A DNA stretch of 64,000 nt from the human T2T-CHM13v2.0 reference genome, Homo sapiens. The first letter of the stretch is position 1, and each line of letters starts with the position of its first letter. The DNA lies in assembly GCF_009914755.1 (NCBI RefSeq), contig NC_060933.1, one strand, 5' to 3'. A program made the position numbers and the translations under genes. The notes below the pieces were generated by a model. It had not been told where the DNA came from. It did no database searches and was given only the letters and a program-made list of their open reading frames with translations. Below are positions 42,001 to 56,900 of the stretch, in pieces.

Positions 42001-45000
42001 TGGACATTTGCAGCGCTTTGAGGCCTATGATGAAAAAGGTAATATCTTCCCATAAAAACTAGACAGAAGCATTCTCAGAAACTTGTTTGTGATGTGTGTA
42101 TTCAACTAACAGAGATGAACCTTTCTTTTTACAGAGCAGTTTTGAAACACTCTTTTTGTGGAATCTGAAAGTGGATATTTGGATAGCTTTGCGGATTTCG
42201 TTGGAAACGGGATTACATATAAAATCTAGGGAGAAGCATTCTCAGGAACTTCTTTGTGATGTTTGCATTCAAGTCACAGAACTGAACATTCCCTTTCATA
42301 GAGCAGGTTTGAAACACTCTTTCTGTAGTATCTGCAAGCGGACGTTTTAAGCGCTTTCAGGCCTGTGGTGAGAAAGGAAATATCTTCAAATAAAAACTAG
42401 ACAGAAGCATTCTCAGAAACTTATTTGCGATGTGTGTCCTCAACTAACAGAGTTGAACCTTTCTTTTGATACAACATTTTGGAAACACTCTTTTTGTAGA
42501 ATCTGCAAGTGGATATTTGGATAGCTTTGAAGGTTTCGTTGGAAACGGGAATATCTTCATATGAAATCAAGACAGAAGCATTCTCAGAAACTTCTCTGTG
42601 ATGTTTGCATTCAACTCATAGAGTTGAACACTTCCCTTCATACAGCAGGTTTGAAACACTCTTTTTCTAATATTTGGAAGTGGACATTTGCAGCGCTTTG
42701 AGGCCTATGTTGAAAAAGGAAATATCTTCTCCTAAAAACCAGACAGAAGCATTCTCAGAAACTTCCTTGTGATGTGTGTACTCAAGTAACAGAGTTGAAC
42801 CTTCCTTTTGACAGAGCAGTTTTGAACCACTCTTTTTGTAGAATCTGCAAGTGGATATTTTGATACCTTTGAGGATTTCGTTGGACACGGGATATCTTCA
42901 TATAAAATCTAGACAGAAGCATTCTCAGAAACTTCTTTGTGCTGTATGTCCTCAATTAACAGAGTTGAACCTTTGTGTGGATACAGCATTTTGGAAACAT
43001 TCCTTTAGTAGAATCTGCAAGTTGATATTTAGATAGCTAGGAAGATTTCCTTGGAAACGGGAATATCTTCATATAAAATCTAGACGGAAGCATTCTCAGA
43101 AAGTGCTTTGTGATGTTTGCATTCAAGTCACAGAGTTGAATATTCCCTTTTATAGAGCAGGTTTGAAACACTCTTTCTGCACTACCTGGAAGTGGACATT
43201 TGGAGCGCTTTGAGGCCTATGTTGAAAAAGGAAATATCTTCCCATAAAAACTAGACAGAAGCATTCTCAGAAACTTGTTTGTGATGTGTGTATTCAACTA
43301 ACAGAGATGAACCTTTCTTTTTACAGAGCAGTTTTGAAACACTCTTTTTGTGGAATCTGAAAGTGGATATTTGGATAGCTTTGAGGATTTCGTTGGAAAC
43401 GGGATTACATATAAAACCTAGAGAGAAGCATTCTCAGGAACTTCTTTGTGATGTTTGCCTTCAAGTCACAGGACTGAACATTCCCTTTCATAGAGCAGGT
43501 TTGAAACACTCTTTCTGTAGTATCTGCAAGCTGACGTTTCAAGCGCTTTCAGGCCTATGGTGAGAAAGGAAATATCTTCAAGTAAAAACTAGACAGAAGC
43601 ATTCTCAGAAACTTATTTGCCATGTGTGTTCTCAACTAACAGAGTTGAACCTTTGTTTTGATACGGCATTTTGGAAACACTCTTTTTGTAGAAACTGCAG
43701 GTGGATATTCGGATAGCTTTGAAGGTTTCGTTGGAAACGGGAATATCTTCATATAAAATCTAGACGGAAGCATTCTCAGAAACTGCTTTGTGATGTTTTC
43801 ATTCAAGTCACAGAGTAGAATCTTCCCTGTTATATACCAGGTTTCAGACACTCTTTCTGCACTACCTGGAAGTGGACATTTGCAGTGCTTTGAGGCCTAT
43901 GATGAAAAAGGAAATATCTTCCCATAAAAACTAGACAGAAGCATTCTCAGAAACTTGTTTGTGATGTGTGTATTCAACTAACAGAGATGAACCTTTCTTT
44001 TTACAGAGCAGTTTTGAAACACTCTTTTTGTGGAATCTGAAAGTGGATATTTGGATAGCTTTGAGGATTTCGTTGGAAACGGGATTACATATAAAATCTA
44101 GAGAGAAGCATTCTCAGGAACTTCTTTGTGATGTTTGCATTCACGTCACAGAACTGAACATTCCCTTTCATAGAGCATGTTTGAAACACTCTTTCTGTAG
44201 TATCTGCAAACGGACATTTCAAACGCTTTCAGGCCTATGGTGAGAAAGGAAATATCTTCAAATAAAAACTAGACAGAAGCATTCTCAGAAACTTATTTGC
44301 GATGTGTGTCCTCAACTAACAGAGTTGAACCTTTCTTTTGATACAACATTTTGGAAACACTCTTTTTGTGGAATCTGCAAGTGGATATTTGGATAGCTTT
44401 GAAGATTTCGTTGGAAACGGGAATATCTTCATATAAAATCAAGACAGAAGCATTCTCAGAAACTTCTCTGTGATGTTTGCATTCAACTCATAGAGTTGAA
44501 CACTTCCCTTCATACAGCAGGTTTGAAACACTCTTTTTGTAATATTTGGAAGTGGACATTTGCAGCGCTTTGAGGCCTATGATGAAAAAGGTAATATCTT
44601 CCCATAAAAACTAGACAGAAGCATTCTCAGAAACTTGTTTGTGATGTGTGTATTCAACTAACAGAGATGAACCTTTCTTTTTACAGAGCAGTTTTGAAAC
44701 ACTCTTTTTGTGGAATCTGAAAGTGGATATTTGGATAGCTTTGCGGATTTCGTTGGAAACGGGATTACATATAAAATCTAGGGAGAAGCATTATCAGGAA
44801 CTTCTTTGTGATGTTTGTATTCAAGTCACAGAACTGAACATTCCCTTTCATAGAGCAGGTTTGAAACACTCTTTCTGTAGTATCTGCAAGCGGACGTTTT
44901 AAGCGCTTTCAGGCCTGTGGTGAGAAAAGAAATATCTTCAAATAAAAACTAGACAGAAGCATTCTCAGAAACTTATTTGCGATGTGTGTCCTCAACTAAC

Positions 45001-48000
45001 AGAGTTGAACCTTTCTTTTGATACAACATTTTGGAAACACTCTTTTTGTAGAATCTGCAAGTGGATATTTGGATAGCTTTGAAGGTTTCGTTGGCAACGG
45101 GAATATCTTCATATGAAATCAAGACAGAAGCATTCTCAGAAACTTCTCTGTGATGTTTGCATTCAACTCATAGAGTTGAACACTTCCCTTCATACAGCAG
45201 GTTTGAAACACTCTTTTTGTAATATTTGGAAGTGGACATTTGCAGCGCTTTGAGGCCTATGTTGAAAAAGGAAATATCTTCTCCTAAAAACCAGACAGAA
45301 GCATTCTCAGAAACTTCCTTGTGATGTGTGTACTCAAGTAACAGAGTTGAACCTTCCTTTTGACAGAGCAGTTTTGAAGCACTCTTTTTGTAGAATCTGC
45401 AAGTGGATATTTTGATACCTTTGAGGATTTCGTTGGACACGGGATATCTTCATATAAAATCTAGACAGAAGCATTCTCAGAAACTTCTTTGTGCTGTATG
45501 TCCTCAATTAACAGAGTTGAACCTTTGTGTGGATACAGCATTTTGGAAACATTCCTTTAGTAGAATCTGCAAGTTGATATTTAGATAGCTAGGAAGATTT
45601 CCTTGGAAACGGGAATATCTTCATATAAAATCTAGACGGAAGCATTCTCAGAAAGTGCTTTGTGAAGTTTGCATTCAAGTCACAGAGTTGAATATTCCCT
45701 TTTATAGAGCAGGTTTGAAACACTCTTTCTGCACTACCTGGAAGTGGACATTTGGAGCGCTTTGAGGCCTATGTTGAAAAAGGAAATATGTTCCCATAAA
45801 AACTGGACAGAAGCATTCTCAGAAACTTGTTTGTGATGTGTGTATTCAACTAACAGAGATGAACCTTTCTTTTTACAGAGCAGTTTTGAAACACTCTTTT
45901 TGTGGAATCTGAAAGTGGATATTTGGATAGCTTTGAGGATTTCGTTGGAAACGGGATTACATATAAAACCTAGAGAGAAGCATTCTCAGGAACTTCTTTG
46001 TGATGTTTGCATTCAAGTCACAGGACTGAACATTCCCTTTCATAGAGCAGGTTTGAAACACTCTTTCTGTAGTATCTGCAAGCTGACGTTTCAAGCGCTT
46101 TCAGGCCTATGGTGAGAAAGGAAATATCTTCAAGTAAAAACTAGACAGAAGCATTCTCAGAAACTTATTTGCCATGTGTGTTCTCAACTAACAGAGTTGA
46201 ACCTTGGTTTTGATACGGCATTTTGGAAACACTCTTTTTGTAGAATCTGCAGGTGGATATTCGGATAGCTTTGAAGGTTTCGTTGGAAACGGGAATATCT
46301 TCATATAAAATCTAGACGGAAGCATTCTCAGAAACTGCTTTGTGATGTTTTCATTCAAGTCACAGAGTAGAATGTTCCCTGTTATATACCAGGTTTGAGA
46401 CACTCTTTCTGCACTACCTGGAAGTGGACGTTTGGAGCGCTTTGAGGCCTATGTTGAAAAAGGAAATATCTTCCCATAAAAACTAGACAGAAGCATTCTC
46501 AGAAACTTGTTTGTGATGTGTGTATTCAACTAACAGGGATGAACCTTTCTTATTACAGAGCAGTTTTGAAACACTCTTTTTGTATAATCTGAAAGTGGAT
46601 ATTTGGATAGCTTTGAGGATTTCGTTGGAAACGGGATTACATATAAAACCTAGAGAGAAGCATTCTCAGGAACTTCTTTGTGATGTTTGCATTCAAGTCA
46701 CAGAACTGAACATTCCCTTTCATAGAGCATGTTTGAAACACTCTTTCTGTAGTATCTGCAAACGGACATTTCAAACGCTTTCAGGCCTATGGTGAGAAAG
46801 GAAATATCTTCAAATAAAAACTAGACAGAAGCATTCTCAGAAACTTGTTTGCGATGTGTTTCCTCAACTAACAGAGTTGAACCTTTCTTTTGATACAACA
46901 TTTTGGAAACACTCTTTTTGTAGAATCTGCAAGTGGATATTTGGATAGCTTTGAAGGTTTCTTTGGAAACGGGAATATCTTCATATAAAATCAAGACAGA
47001 AGCATTCTCAGAAACTTCTCTGTGATGTTTGCATTCAACTCATAGAGTTGAACACTTCCCTTCATACAGCAGGTTTGAAACACTCTTTTTGTAATATTTG
47101 GAAGTGGACATTTGCAGCGCTTTGAGGCCTATGATGAAAAAGGTAATATCTTCCCATAAAAACTAGACAGAAGCATTCTCAGAAACTTGTTTGTGATGTG
47201 TGTATTCAACTAACAGAGATGAACCTTTCTTTTTACAGAGCAGTTTTGAAACACTCTTTTTGTGGAATCTGAAAGTGGATATTTGGATAGCTTTGCGGAT
47301 TTCGTTGGAAACGGGATTACATATAAAATCTAGGGAGAAGCATTCTCAGGAACTTCTTTGTGATGTTTGCATTCAAGTCACAGAACTGAACATTCCCTTT
47401 CATAGAGCAGGTTTGAAACACTCTTTCTGTAGTATCTGCAAGCGGACGTTTTAAGCGCTTTCAGGCCTGTGGTGAGAAAGGAAATATCTTCAAATAAAAA
47501 CTAGACAGAAGCATTCTCAGAAACTTATTTGCGATGTGTGTCCTCAACTAACAGAGTTGAACCTTTCTTTTGATACAACATTTTGGAAACACTCTTTTTG
47601 TAGAATCTGCAAGTGGATATTTGGATAGCTTTGAAGGTTTCGTTGGAAACGGGAATATCTTCATATGAAATCAAGACAGAAGCATTCTCAGAAACTTCTC
47701 TGTGATGTTTGCATTCAACTCATAGAGTTGAACACTTCCCTTCATACAGCAGGTTTGAAACACTCTTTTTCTAATATTTGGAAGTGGACATTTGCAGCGC
47801 TTTGAGGTCTATGTTGAAAAAGGAAATATCTTCTCCTAAAAACCAGACAGAAGCATTCTCAGAAACTTCCTTGTGATGTGTGTACTCAAGTAACAGAGTT
47901 GAACCTTCATTTTGACAGAGCAGTTTTGAAGCACTCTTTTTGTAGAATCTGCAAGTGGATATTTTGATACCTTTGAGGATTTCGTTAGACACGGGATATC

Positions 48001-50917
48001 TTCATATAAAATCTAGACAGAAGCATTCTCAGAAACTTCTTTGTGCTGTATGTCCTCAATTAACAGAGTTGAACCTTTGTGTGGATACAGCATTTTGGAA
48101 ACATTCCTTTAGTAGAATCTGCAAGTTGATATTTAGATAGCTAGGAAGATTTCCTTGGAAACGGGAATATCTTCATATAAAATCTAGACGGAAGCATTCT
48201 CAGAAAGTGCTTTGTGATGTTTGCATTCAAGTCACAGAGTTGAATATTCCCTTTTATAGAGCAGGTTTGAAACACTCTTTCTGCACTACCTGGAAGTGGA
48301 CATTTGGAGCGCTTTGAGGCCTATGTTGAAAAAGGAAATATCTTCCCATAAAAACTAGACAGAAGCATTCTCAGAAACTTGTTTGTGATGTGTGTATTCA
48401 ACTAACAGAGATGAACCTTTCTTTTTACAGAGCAGTTTTGAAACACTCTTTTTGTGGATTCTGAAAGTGGATATTTGGATAGCTTTGAGGATTTTGTTGG
48501 AAACGGGATTACATATAAAACCTAGAGAGAAGCATTCTCAGGAACTTCTTTGTGATGTTTGCATTCAAGTCACAGAACTGAACATTCCCTTTCATAGAGC
48601 AGGTTTGAAACAGTCTTTCTGTAGTATCTGCAAGCTGACGTTTCAAGCGCTTTCAGGCCTATGGTGAGAAAGGAAATATCTTCAAGTAAAAACTAGACAG
48701 AAGCATTCTCAGAAACTTATTTGCGATGTGTGTTCTCAACTAACAGAGTTGAACCTTTGTTTTGATATGGCATTTTGGAAACACTCTTTTTGTAGAATCT
48801 GCAGGTGGATATTCGGATAGCTTTGAACGTTTCGTTGGAAACGGGAATATCTTCATATAAAATCTAGACGGAAGCATTCTCAGAAACTGCTTTGTGATGT
48901 TTTCATTCAAGTCACAGAGTAGAATGTTCCCTGTTATATACCAGGTTTGACACACTCTTTCTGCACTACCTGGAAGTGGACATTTGCAGCGCTTTGAGGC
49001 CTATGATGACAAAGGAAATATCTTCCCATAAAAACTAGACAGAAGCATTCTCAGAAACTTGTTTGTGATGTGTGTACTCAACTAACAGAGATGAACCTTT
49101 CTTTTTACAGAGCAGTTTTGAAACACTCTTTTTGTGGAATCTGAAAGTGGATATTTGGATAGCTTTGAGGATTTCGTTGGAAACGGGATTACATATAAAA
49201 TCTAGAGAGAAGCATTCTCAGGAACTTCTTTGTGATGTTTGCATTCACGTCACAGAACTGAACATTCCCTTTCATAGAGCATGTTTGAAACACTCTTTCT
49301 GTAGTATCTGCAAACGGACATTTCAAACGCTTTCAGGCCTATGGTGAGAAAGGAAATATCTTCAAATAAAAACTAGACAGAAGCATTCTCAGAAACTTAT
49401 TTGCGATGTGTGTCCTCAACTAACAGAGTTGAACCTTTCTTTTGATACAACATTTTGGAAACACTCTTTTTGTAGAATCTGCAAGTGGATATTTGAATAG
49501 CTTTGAAGGTTTCTTTGGAAACGGGAATATCTTCATATAAAATCAAGACAGAAGCATTCTCAGAAACTTCTCTGTGATGTTTGCATTCAACTCATAGAGT
49601 TGAACACTTCCCTTCATACAGCAGGTTTGAAACACTCTTTTTGTAATATTTGGAAGTGGACATTTGCAGCGCTTTGAGGCCTATGATGAAAAAGGAAATA
49701 TCTTCCCACAAAAACTAGACAGAAGAATTCTCAGAAACTTGTTTGTGATGTGTGTATTCAACTAACAGAGATGAACCTTTCTTTTTACAGAGCAGTTTTG
49801 AAACACTCTTTTTGTGGAATCTGAAAGTGGATATTTGGATAGCTTTGCGGATTTCGTTGGAAACGGGATTACATATAAAATCTAGGGAGAAGCATTCTCA
49901 GGAACTTCTTTGTGATGTTTGCATTCAAGTCACAGAACTGAACATTCCCTTTCATAGAGCAGGTTTGAAACACTCTTTCTGTAGTATCTGCAAGCGGACG
50001 TTTTAAGCGCTTTCAGGCCTGTGGTGAGAAAGGAAATATCTTCAAATAAAAACTAGACAGAAGCATTCTCAGAAACTTATTTGCGATGTGTGTCCTCAAC
50101 TAACAGAGTTGAACCTTTCTTTTGATACAACATTTTGGAAACACTCTTTTTGTAGAATCTGCAAGTGGATATTTGGATAACTTTGAAGGTTTCGTTGGAA
50201 ACGGGAATATCTTCATATGAAATCAAGACAGAAGCATTCTCAGAAACTTCTCTGTGATGTTTGCATTCAACTCATAGAGTTGAACACTTCCCTTCATACA
50301 GCAGGTTTGAAACACTCTTTTTGTAATATTTGGAAGTGGACATTTGCAGCGCTTTGAGGCCTATGTTGAAAAAGGAAATATCTTCTCCTAAAAACCAGAC
50401 AGAAGCATTCTCAGAAACTTCCTTGTGATGTGTGTACTCAAGTAACAGAGTTGAACCTTCCTTTTGACAGAGCAGTTTTGAAGCACTCTTTTTGTAGAAT
50501 CTGCAAGTGGATATTTTGATACCTTTGAGGATTTCGTTGGACACGGGATATCTTCATATAAAATCTAGACAGAAGCATTCTCAGAAACTTCTTTGTGCTG
50601 TATGTCCTCAATTAACAGAGTTGAACCTTTGTGTGGATACAGCATTTTGGAAACATTCCTTTAGTAGAATCTGCAAGTTGATATTTAGATAGCTAGGAAG
50701 ATTTCCTTGGAAACGGGAATATCTTCATATAAAATCTAGACGGAAGCATTCTCAGAAAGTGCTTTGTGATGTTTGCATTCAAGTCACAGAGTTGAATATT
50801 CCCTTTTATAGAGCAGGTTTGAAACACTCTTTCTGCACTACCTGGAAGTGGACATTTGGAGCGCTTTGAGGCCTATGTTGAAAAAGGAAATATCTTCCCA
50901 TAAAAACTAGACAGAAG
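33054..50917 (+). repeat. Seven tandem 15-mer HORs (2552 bp each)
   Basis: Trimer markers at 35195, 37747, 40299, 42851, 45403, 47955 and 50507 are spaced exactly 2552. Confidence 0.95.
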
Positions 50918-53900
50918 CATTCTCAGAAACTTGTTTGTGATGTGTGTATTCAACTAACAGAGATGAACCTTTCTTTTTACAGAGCAGTTTTGAAACACTC
51001 TTTTTGTGGAATCTGAAAGTGGATATTTGGATAGCTTTGAGGATTTCGTTGGAAACGGGATTACATATAAAACCTAGAGAGAAGCATTCTCAGGAACTTC
51101 TTTGTGATGTTTGCATTCAAGTCACAGGACTGAACATTCCCTTTCATAGAGCAGGTTTGAAACACTCTTTCTGTAGTATCTGCAAGGTGACGTTTCAAGC
51201 GCTTTCAGGCCTATGGTGAGAAAGGAAATATCTTCAAGTAAAAACTAGACAGAAGCATTCTCAGAAACTTATTTGAGATGTGTGTTCTCAACTAACAGAG
51301 TTGAACCTTTGTTTCGATATGGCATTTTGGAAACACTCTTTTTGTAGAATCTGCAGGTGGATATTCGGATAGCTTTGAAGGTTTCGTTGGAAACGGGAAT
51401 ATCTTCATATAAAATCTAGACGGAAGCATTCTCAGAAACTGCTTTGTGATGTTTTCATTCAAGTCACAGAGTAGAATGTTCCCTGTTATATACCAGGTTA
51501 GAGACACTCTTTCTGCACTACCTGGAAGTGGACATTTGCAGCGCTTTGAGGCCTATGATGAAAAAGGAAATATCTTCCCATAAAAACTAGACAGAAGCAT
51601 TCTCAGAAACTTGTTTGTGATGTGTGTATTCAACTAACAGAGATGAACCTTTCTTTTTACAGAGCAGTTTTGAAACACTCTTTTTGTGGAATCTGAAAGT
51701 GGATATTTGGATAGCTTTGAGGATTTCGTTGGAAACGGGATTACATATAAAATCTAGAGAGAAGCATTCTCAGGAACTTCTTTGTGATGTTTGCATTCAC
51801 GTCACAGAACTGAACATTCCCTTTCATAGAGCAGGTTTGAAACACTCTTTCTGTAGTATCTGCAAACGGACATTTCAAACGCTTTCAGGCCTATGGTGAG
51901 AAAGGAAATATCTTCAAATAAAAACTAGACAGAAGCATTCTCAGAAACTTATTTGGGATGTGTGTCCTCAACTAACAGAGTTGAACCTTTCTTTTGATAC
52001 AACATTTTGGAAACACTCTTTTTGTAGTATCTGCAAGTGGATATTTGAATAGCTTTGAAGGTTTCGTTGGAAACGGGAATATCTTCATATAAAATCAAGA
52101 CAGAAGCATTCTCAGAAACTTCTCTGTGATGTTTGCATTCAACTCATAGAGTTGAACACTTCCCTTCATACAGCAGGTTTGAAACACTCTTTTTGTAATA
52201 TTTGGAAGTGGACATTTGCAGCGCTTTGAGGCCTATGATGAAAAAGGAAATATCTTCCCATAAAAACTAGACAGAAGCATTCTCAGAAACTTGTTTGTGA
52301 TGTGTGTATTCAACTAACAGAGATGAACCTTTCTTTTTACAGAGCAGTTTTGAAACACTCTTTTTGTGGATTCTGAAAGTGGATATTTGGATAGCTTTGA
52401 GGATTTTGTTGGAAACGGGATTACATATAAAACCTAGAGAGAAGCATTCTCAGGAACTTCTTTGTGATGTTTGCATTCAAGTCACAGAACTGAACATTCC
52501 CTTTCATAGAGCAGGTTTGAAACAGTCTTTCTGTAGTATCTGCAAGCTGACGTTTCAAGCGCTTTCAGGCCTATGGTGAGAAAGGAAATATCTTCAAGTA
52601 AAAACTAGACAGAAGCATTCTCAGAAACTTATTTGCGATGTGTGTTCTCAACTAACAGAGTTGAACCTTTGTTTTGATATGGCATTTTGGAAACACTCTT
52701 TTTGTAGAATCTGCAGGTGGATATTCGGATAGCTTTGAACGTTTCGTTGGAAACGGGAATATCTTCATATAAAATCTAGACGGAAGCATTCTCAGAAACT
52801 GCTTTGTGATGTTTTCATTCAAGTCACAGAGTAGAATGTTCCCTGTTATATACCAGGTTTGACACACTCTTTCTGCACTACCTGGAAGTGGACATTTGCA
52901 GCGCTTTGAGGCCTATGATGACAAAGGAAATATCTTCCCATAAAAACTAGACAGAAGCATTCTCAGAAACTTGTTTGTGATGTGTGTACTCAACTAACAG
53001 AGATGAACCTTTCTTTTTACAGAGCAGTTTTGAAACACTCTTTTTGTGGAATATGAAAGTGGATATTTGGATAGCTTTGAGGATTTCGTTGGAAACGGGA
53101 TTACATATAAAATCTAGAGAGAAGCATTCTCAGGAACTTCTTTGTGATGTTTGCATTCACGTCACAGAACTGAACATTCCCTTTCATAGAGCATGTTTGA
53201 AACACTCTTTCTGTAGTATCTGCAAACGGACATTTCAAACGCTTTCAGGCCTATGGTGAGAAAGGAAATATCTTCAAATAAAAACTAGACAGAAGCATTC
53301 TCAGAAACTTATTTGCGATGTGTGTCCTCAACTAACAGAGTTGAACCTTTCTTTTGATACAACATTTTGGAAACACTCTTTTTGTAGAATCTGCAAGTGG
53401 ATATTTGAATAGCTTTGAAGGTTTCTTTGGAAACGGGAATATCTTCATATAAAATCAAGACAGAAGCATTCTCAGAAACTTCTCTGTGATGTTTGCATTC
53501 AACTCATAGAGTTGAACACTTCCCTTCATACAGCAGGTTTGAAACACTCTTTTTGTAATATTTGGAAGTGGACATTTGCAGCGCTTTGAGGCCTATGATG
53601 AAAAAGGAAATATCTTCCCACAAAAACTAGACAGAAGAATTCTCAGAAACTTGTTTGTGATGTGTGTATTCAACTAACAGAGATGAACCTTTCTTTTTAC
53701 AGAGCAGTTTTGAAACACTCTTTTTGTGGAATCTGAAAGTGGATATTTGGATAGCTTTGCGGATTTCGTTGGAAACGGGATTACATATAAAATCTAGGGA
53801 GAAGCATTCTCAGGAACTTCTTTGTGATGTTTGCATTCAAGTCACAGAACTGAACATTCCCTTTCATAGAGCAGGTTTGAAACACTCTTTCTGTAGTATC

Positions 53901-56900
53901 TGCAAGCGGACGTTTTAAGCGCTTTCAGGCCTGTGGTGAGAAAGGAAATATCTTCAAATAAAAACTAGACAGAAGCATTCTCAGAAACTTATTTGCGATG
54001 TGTGTCCTCAACTAACAGAGTTGAACCTTTCTTTTGATACAACATTTTGGAAACACTCTTTTTGTAGAATCTGCAAGTGGATATTTGGATAACTTTGAAG
54101 GTTTCGTTGGAAACGGGAATATCTTCATATGAAATCAAGACAGAAGCATTCTCAGAAACTTCTCTGTGATGTTTGCATTCAACTCATAGAGTTGAACACT
54201 TCCCTTCATACAGCAGGTTTGAAACACTCTTTTTGTAATATTTGGAAGTGGACATTTGCAGCGCTTTGAGGCCTATGTTGAAAAAGGAAATATCTTCTCC
54301 TAAAAACCAGACAGAAGCATTCTCAGAAACTTCCTTGTGATGTGTGTACTCAAGTAACAGAGTTGAACCTTCCTTTTGACAGAGCAGTTTTGAAGCACTC
54401 TTTTTGTAGAATCTGCAAGTGGATATTTTGATACCTTTGAGGATTTCGTTGGACACGGGATATCTTCATATAAAATCTAGACAGAAGCATTCTCAGAAAC
54501 TTCTTTGTGCTGTATGTCCTCAATTAACAGAGTTGAACCTTTGTGTGGATACAGCATTTTGGAAACATTCCTTTAGTAGAATCTGCAAGTTGATATTTAG
54601 ATAGCTAGGAAGATTTCCTTGGAAACGGGAATATCTTCATATAAAATCTAGACGGAAGCATTCTCAGAAAGTGCTTTGTGATGTTTGCATTCAAGTCACA
54701 GAGTTGAATATTCCCTTTTATAGAGCAGGTTTGAAACACTCTTTCTGCACTACCTGGAAGTGGACATTTGGAGCGCTTTGAGGCCTATGTTGAAAAAGGA
54801 AATATCTTCCCATAAAAACTAGACAGAAGCATTCTCAGAAACTTGTTTGTGATGTGTGTATTCAACTAACAGAGATGAACCTTTCTTTTTACAGAGCAGT
54901 TTTGAAACACTCTTTTTGTGGAATCTGAAAGTGGATATTTGGATAGCTTTGAGGATTTCGTTGGAAACGGGATTACATATAAAACCTAGAGAGAAGCATT
55001 CTCAGGAACTTCTTTGTGATGTTTGCATTCAAGTCACAGGACTGAACATTCCCTTTCATAGAGCAGGTTTGAAACACTCTTTCTGTAGTATCTGCAAGCT
55101 GACGTTTCAAGCGCTTTCAGGCCTATGGTGAGAAAGGAAATATCTTCAAGTAAAAACTAGACAGAAGCATTCTCAGAAACTTATTTGAGATGTGTGTTCT
55201 CAACTAACAGAGTTGAACCTTTGTTTCGATATGGCATTTTGGAAACACTCTTTTTGTAGAATCTGCAGGTGGATATTCGGATAGCTTTGAAGGTTTCGTT
55301 GGAAACGGGAATATCTTCATATAAAATCTAGACGGAAGCATTCTCAGAAACTGCTTTGTGATGTTTTCATTCAAGTCACAGAGTAGAATGTTCCCTGTTA
55401 TATACCAGGTTAGAGACACTCTTTCTGCACTACCTGGAAGTGGACATTTGCAGCGCTTTGAGGCCTATGATGAAAAAGGAAATATCTTCCCATAAAAACT
55501 AGACAGAAGCATTCTCAGAAACTTGTTTGTGATGTGTGTATTCAACTAACAGAGATGAACCTTTCTTTTTACAGAGCAGTTTTGAAACACTCTTTTTGTG
55601 GAATCTGAAAGTGGATATTTGGATAGCTTTGAGGATTTCGTTGGAAACGGGATTACATATAAAATCTAGAGAGAAGCATTCTCAGGAACTTCTTTGTGAT
55701 GTTTGCATTCACGTCACAGAACTGAACATTCCCTTTCATAGAGCATGTTTGAAACACTCTTTCTGTAGTATCTGCAAACGGACATTTCAAACGCTTTCAG
55801 GCCTATGGTGAGAAAGGAAATATCTTCAAATAAAAACTAGACAGAAACATTCTCAGAAACTTATTTGCGATGTGTGTCCTCAACTAACAGAGTTGAACCT
55901 TTCTTTTGATACAACATTTTGGAAACACTCTTTTTGTAGTATCTGCAAGTGGATATTTGAATAGCTTTGAAGGTTTCGTTGGAAACGGGAATATCTTCAT
56001 ATAAAATCAAGACAGAAGCATTCTCAGAAACTTCTCTGTGATGTTTGCATTCAACTCATAGAGTTGAACACTTCCCTTCATACAGCAGGTTTGAAACACT
56101 CTTTTTGTAATATTTGGAAGTGGACATTTGCAGCGCTTTGAGGCCTATGATGAAAAAGGAAATATCTTCCCATAAAAACTAGACAGAAGCATTCTCAGAA
56201 ACTTGTTTGTGATGTGTGTATTCAACTAACAGAGATGAACCTTTCTTTTTACAGAGCAGTTTTGAAACACTCTTTTTGTGGATTCTGAAAGTGGATATTT
56301 GGATAGCTTTGAGGATTTTGTTGGAAACGGGATTACATATAAAACCTAGAGAGAAGCATTCTCAGGAACTTCTTTGTGATGTTTGCATTCAAGTCACAGA
56401 ACTGAACATTCCCTTTCATAGAGCAGGTTTGAAACAGTCTTTCTGTAGTATCTGCAAGCTGACGTTTCAAGCGCTTTCAGGCCTATGGTGAGAAAGGAAA
56501 TATCTTCAAGTAAAAACTAGACAGAAGCATTCTCAGAAACTTATTTGCGATGTGTGTTCTCAACTAACAGAGTTGAACCTTTGTTTTGATATGGCATTTT
56601 GGAAACACTCTTTTTGTAGAATCTGCAGGTGGATATTCGGATAGCTTTGAACGTTTCGTTGGAAACGGGAATATCTTCATATAAAATCTAGACGGAAGCA
56701 TTCTCAGAAACTGCTTTGTGATGTTTTCATTCAAGTCACAGAGTAGAATGTTCCCTGTTATATACCAGGTTTGACACACTCTTTCTGCACTACCTGGAAG
56801 TGGACATTTGCAGCGCTTTGAGGCCTATGATGACAAAGGAAATATCTTCCCATAAAAACTAGACAGAAGCATTCTCAGAAACTTGTTTGTGATGTGTGTA

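Noticed and set aside
47980-47996. Variant box TTTCGTTAGACACGGGA as a CENP-B knock-out
   Set aside because: The change is at a non-essential position; TTCG, the central A and CGGG are intact.
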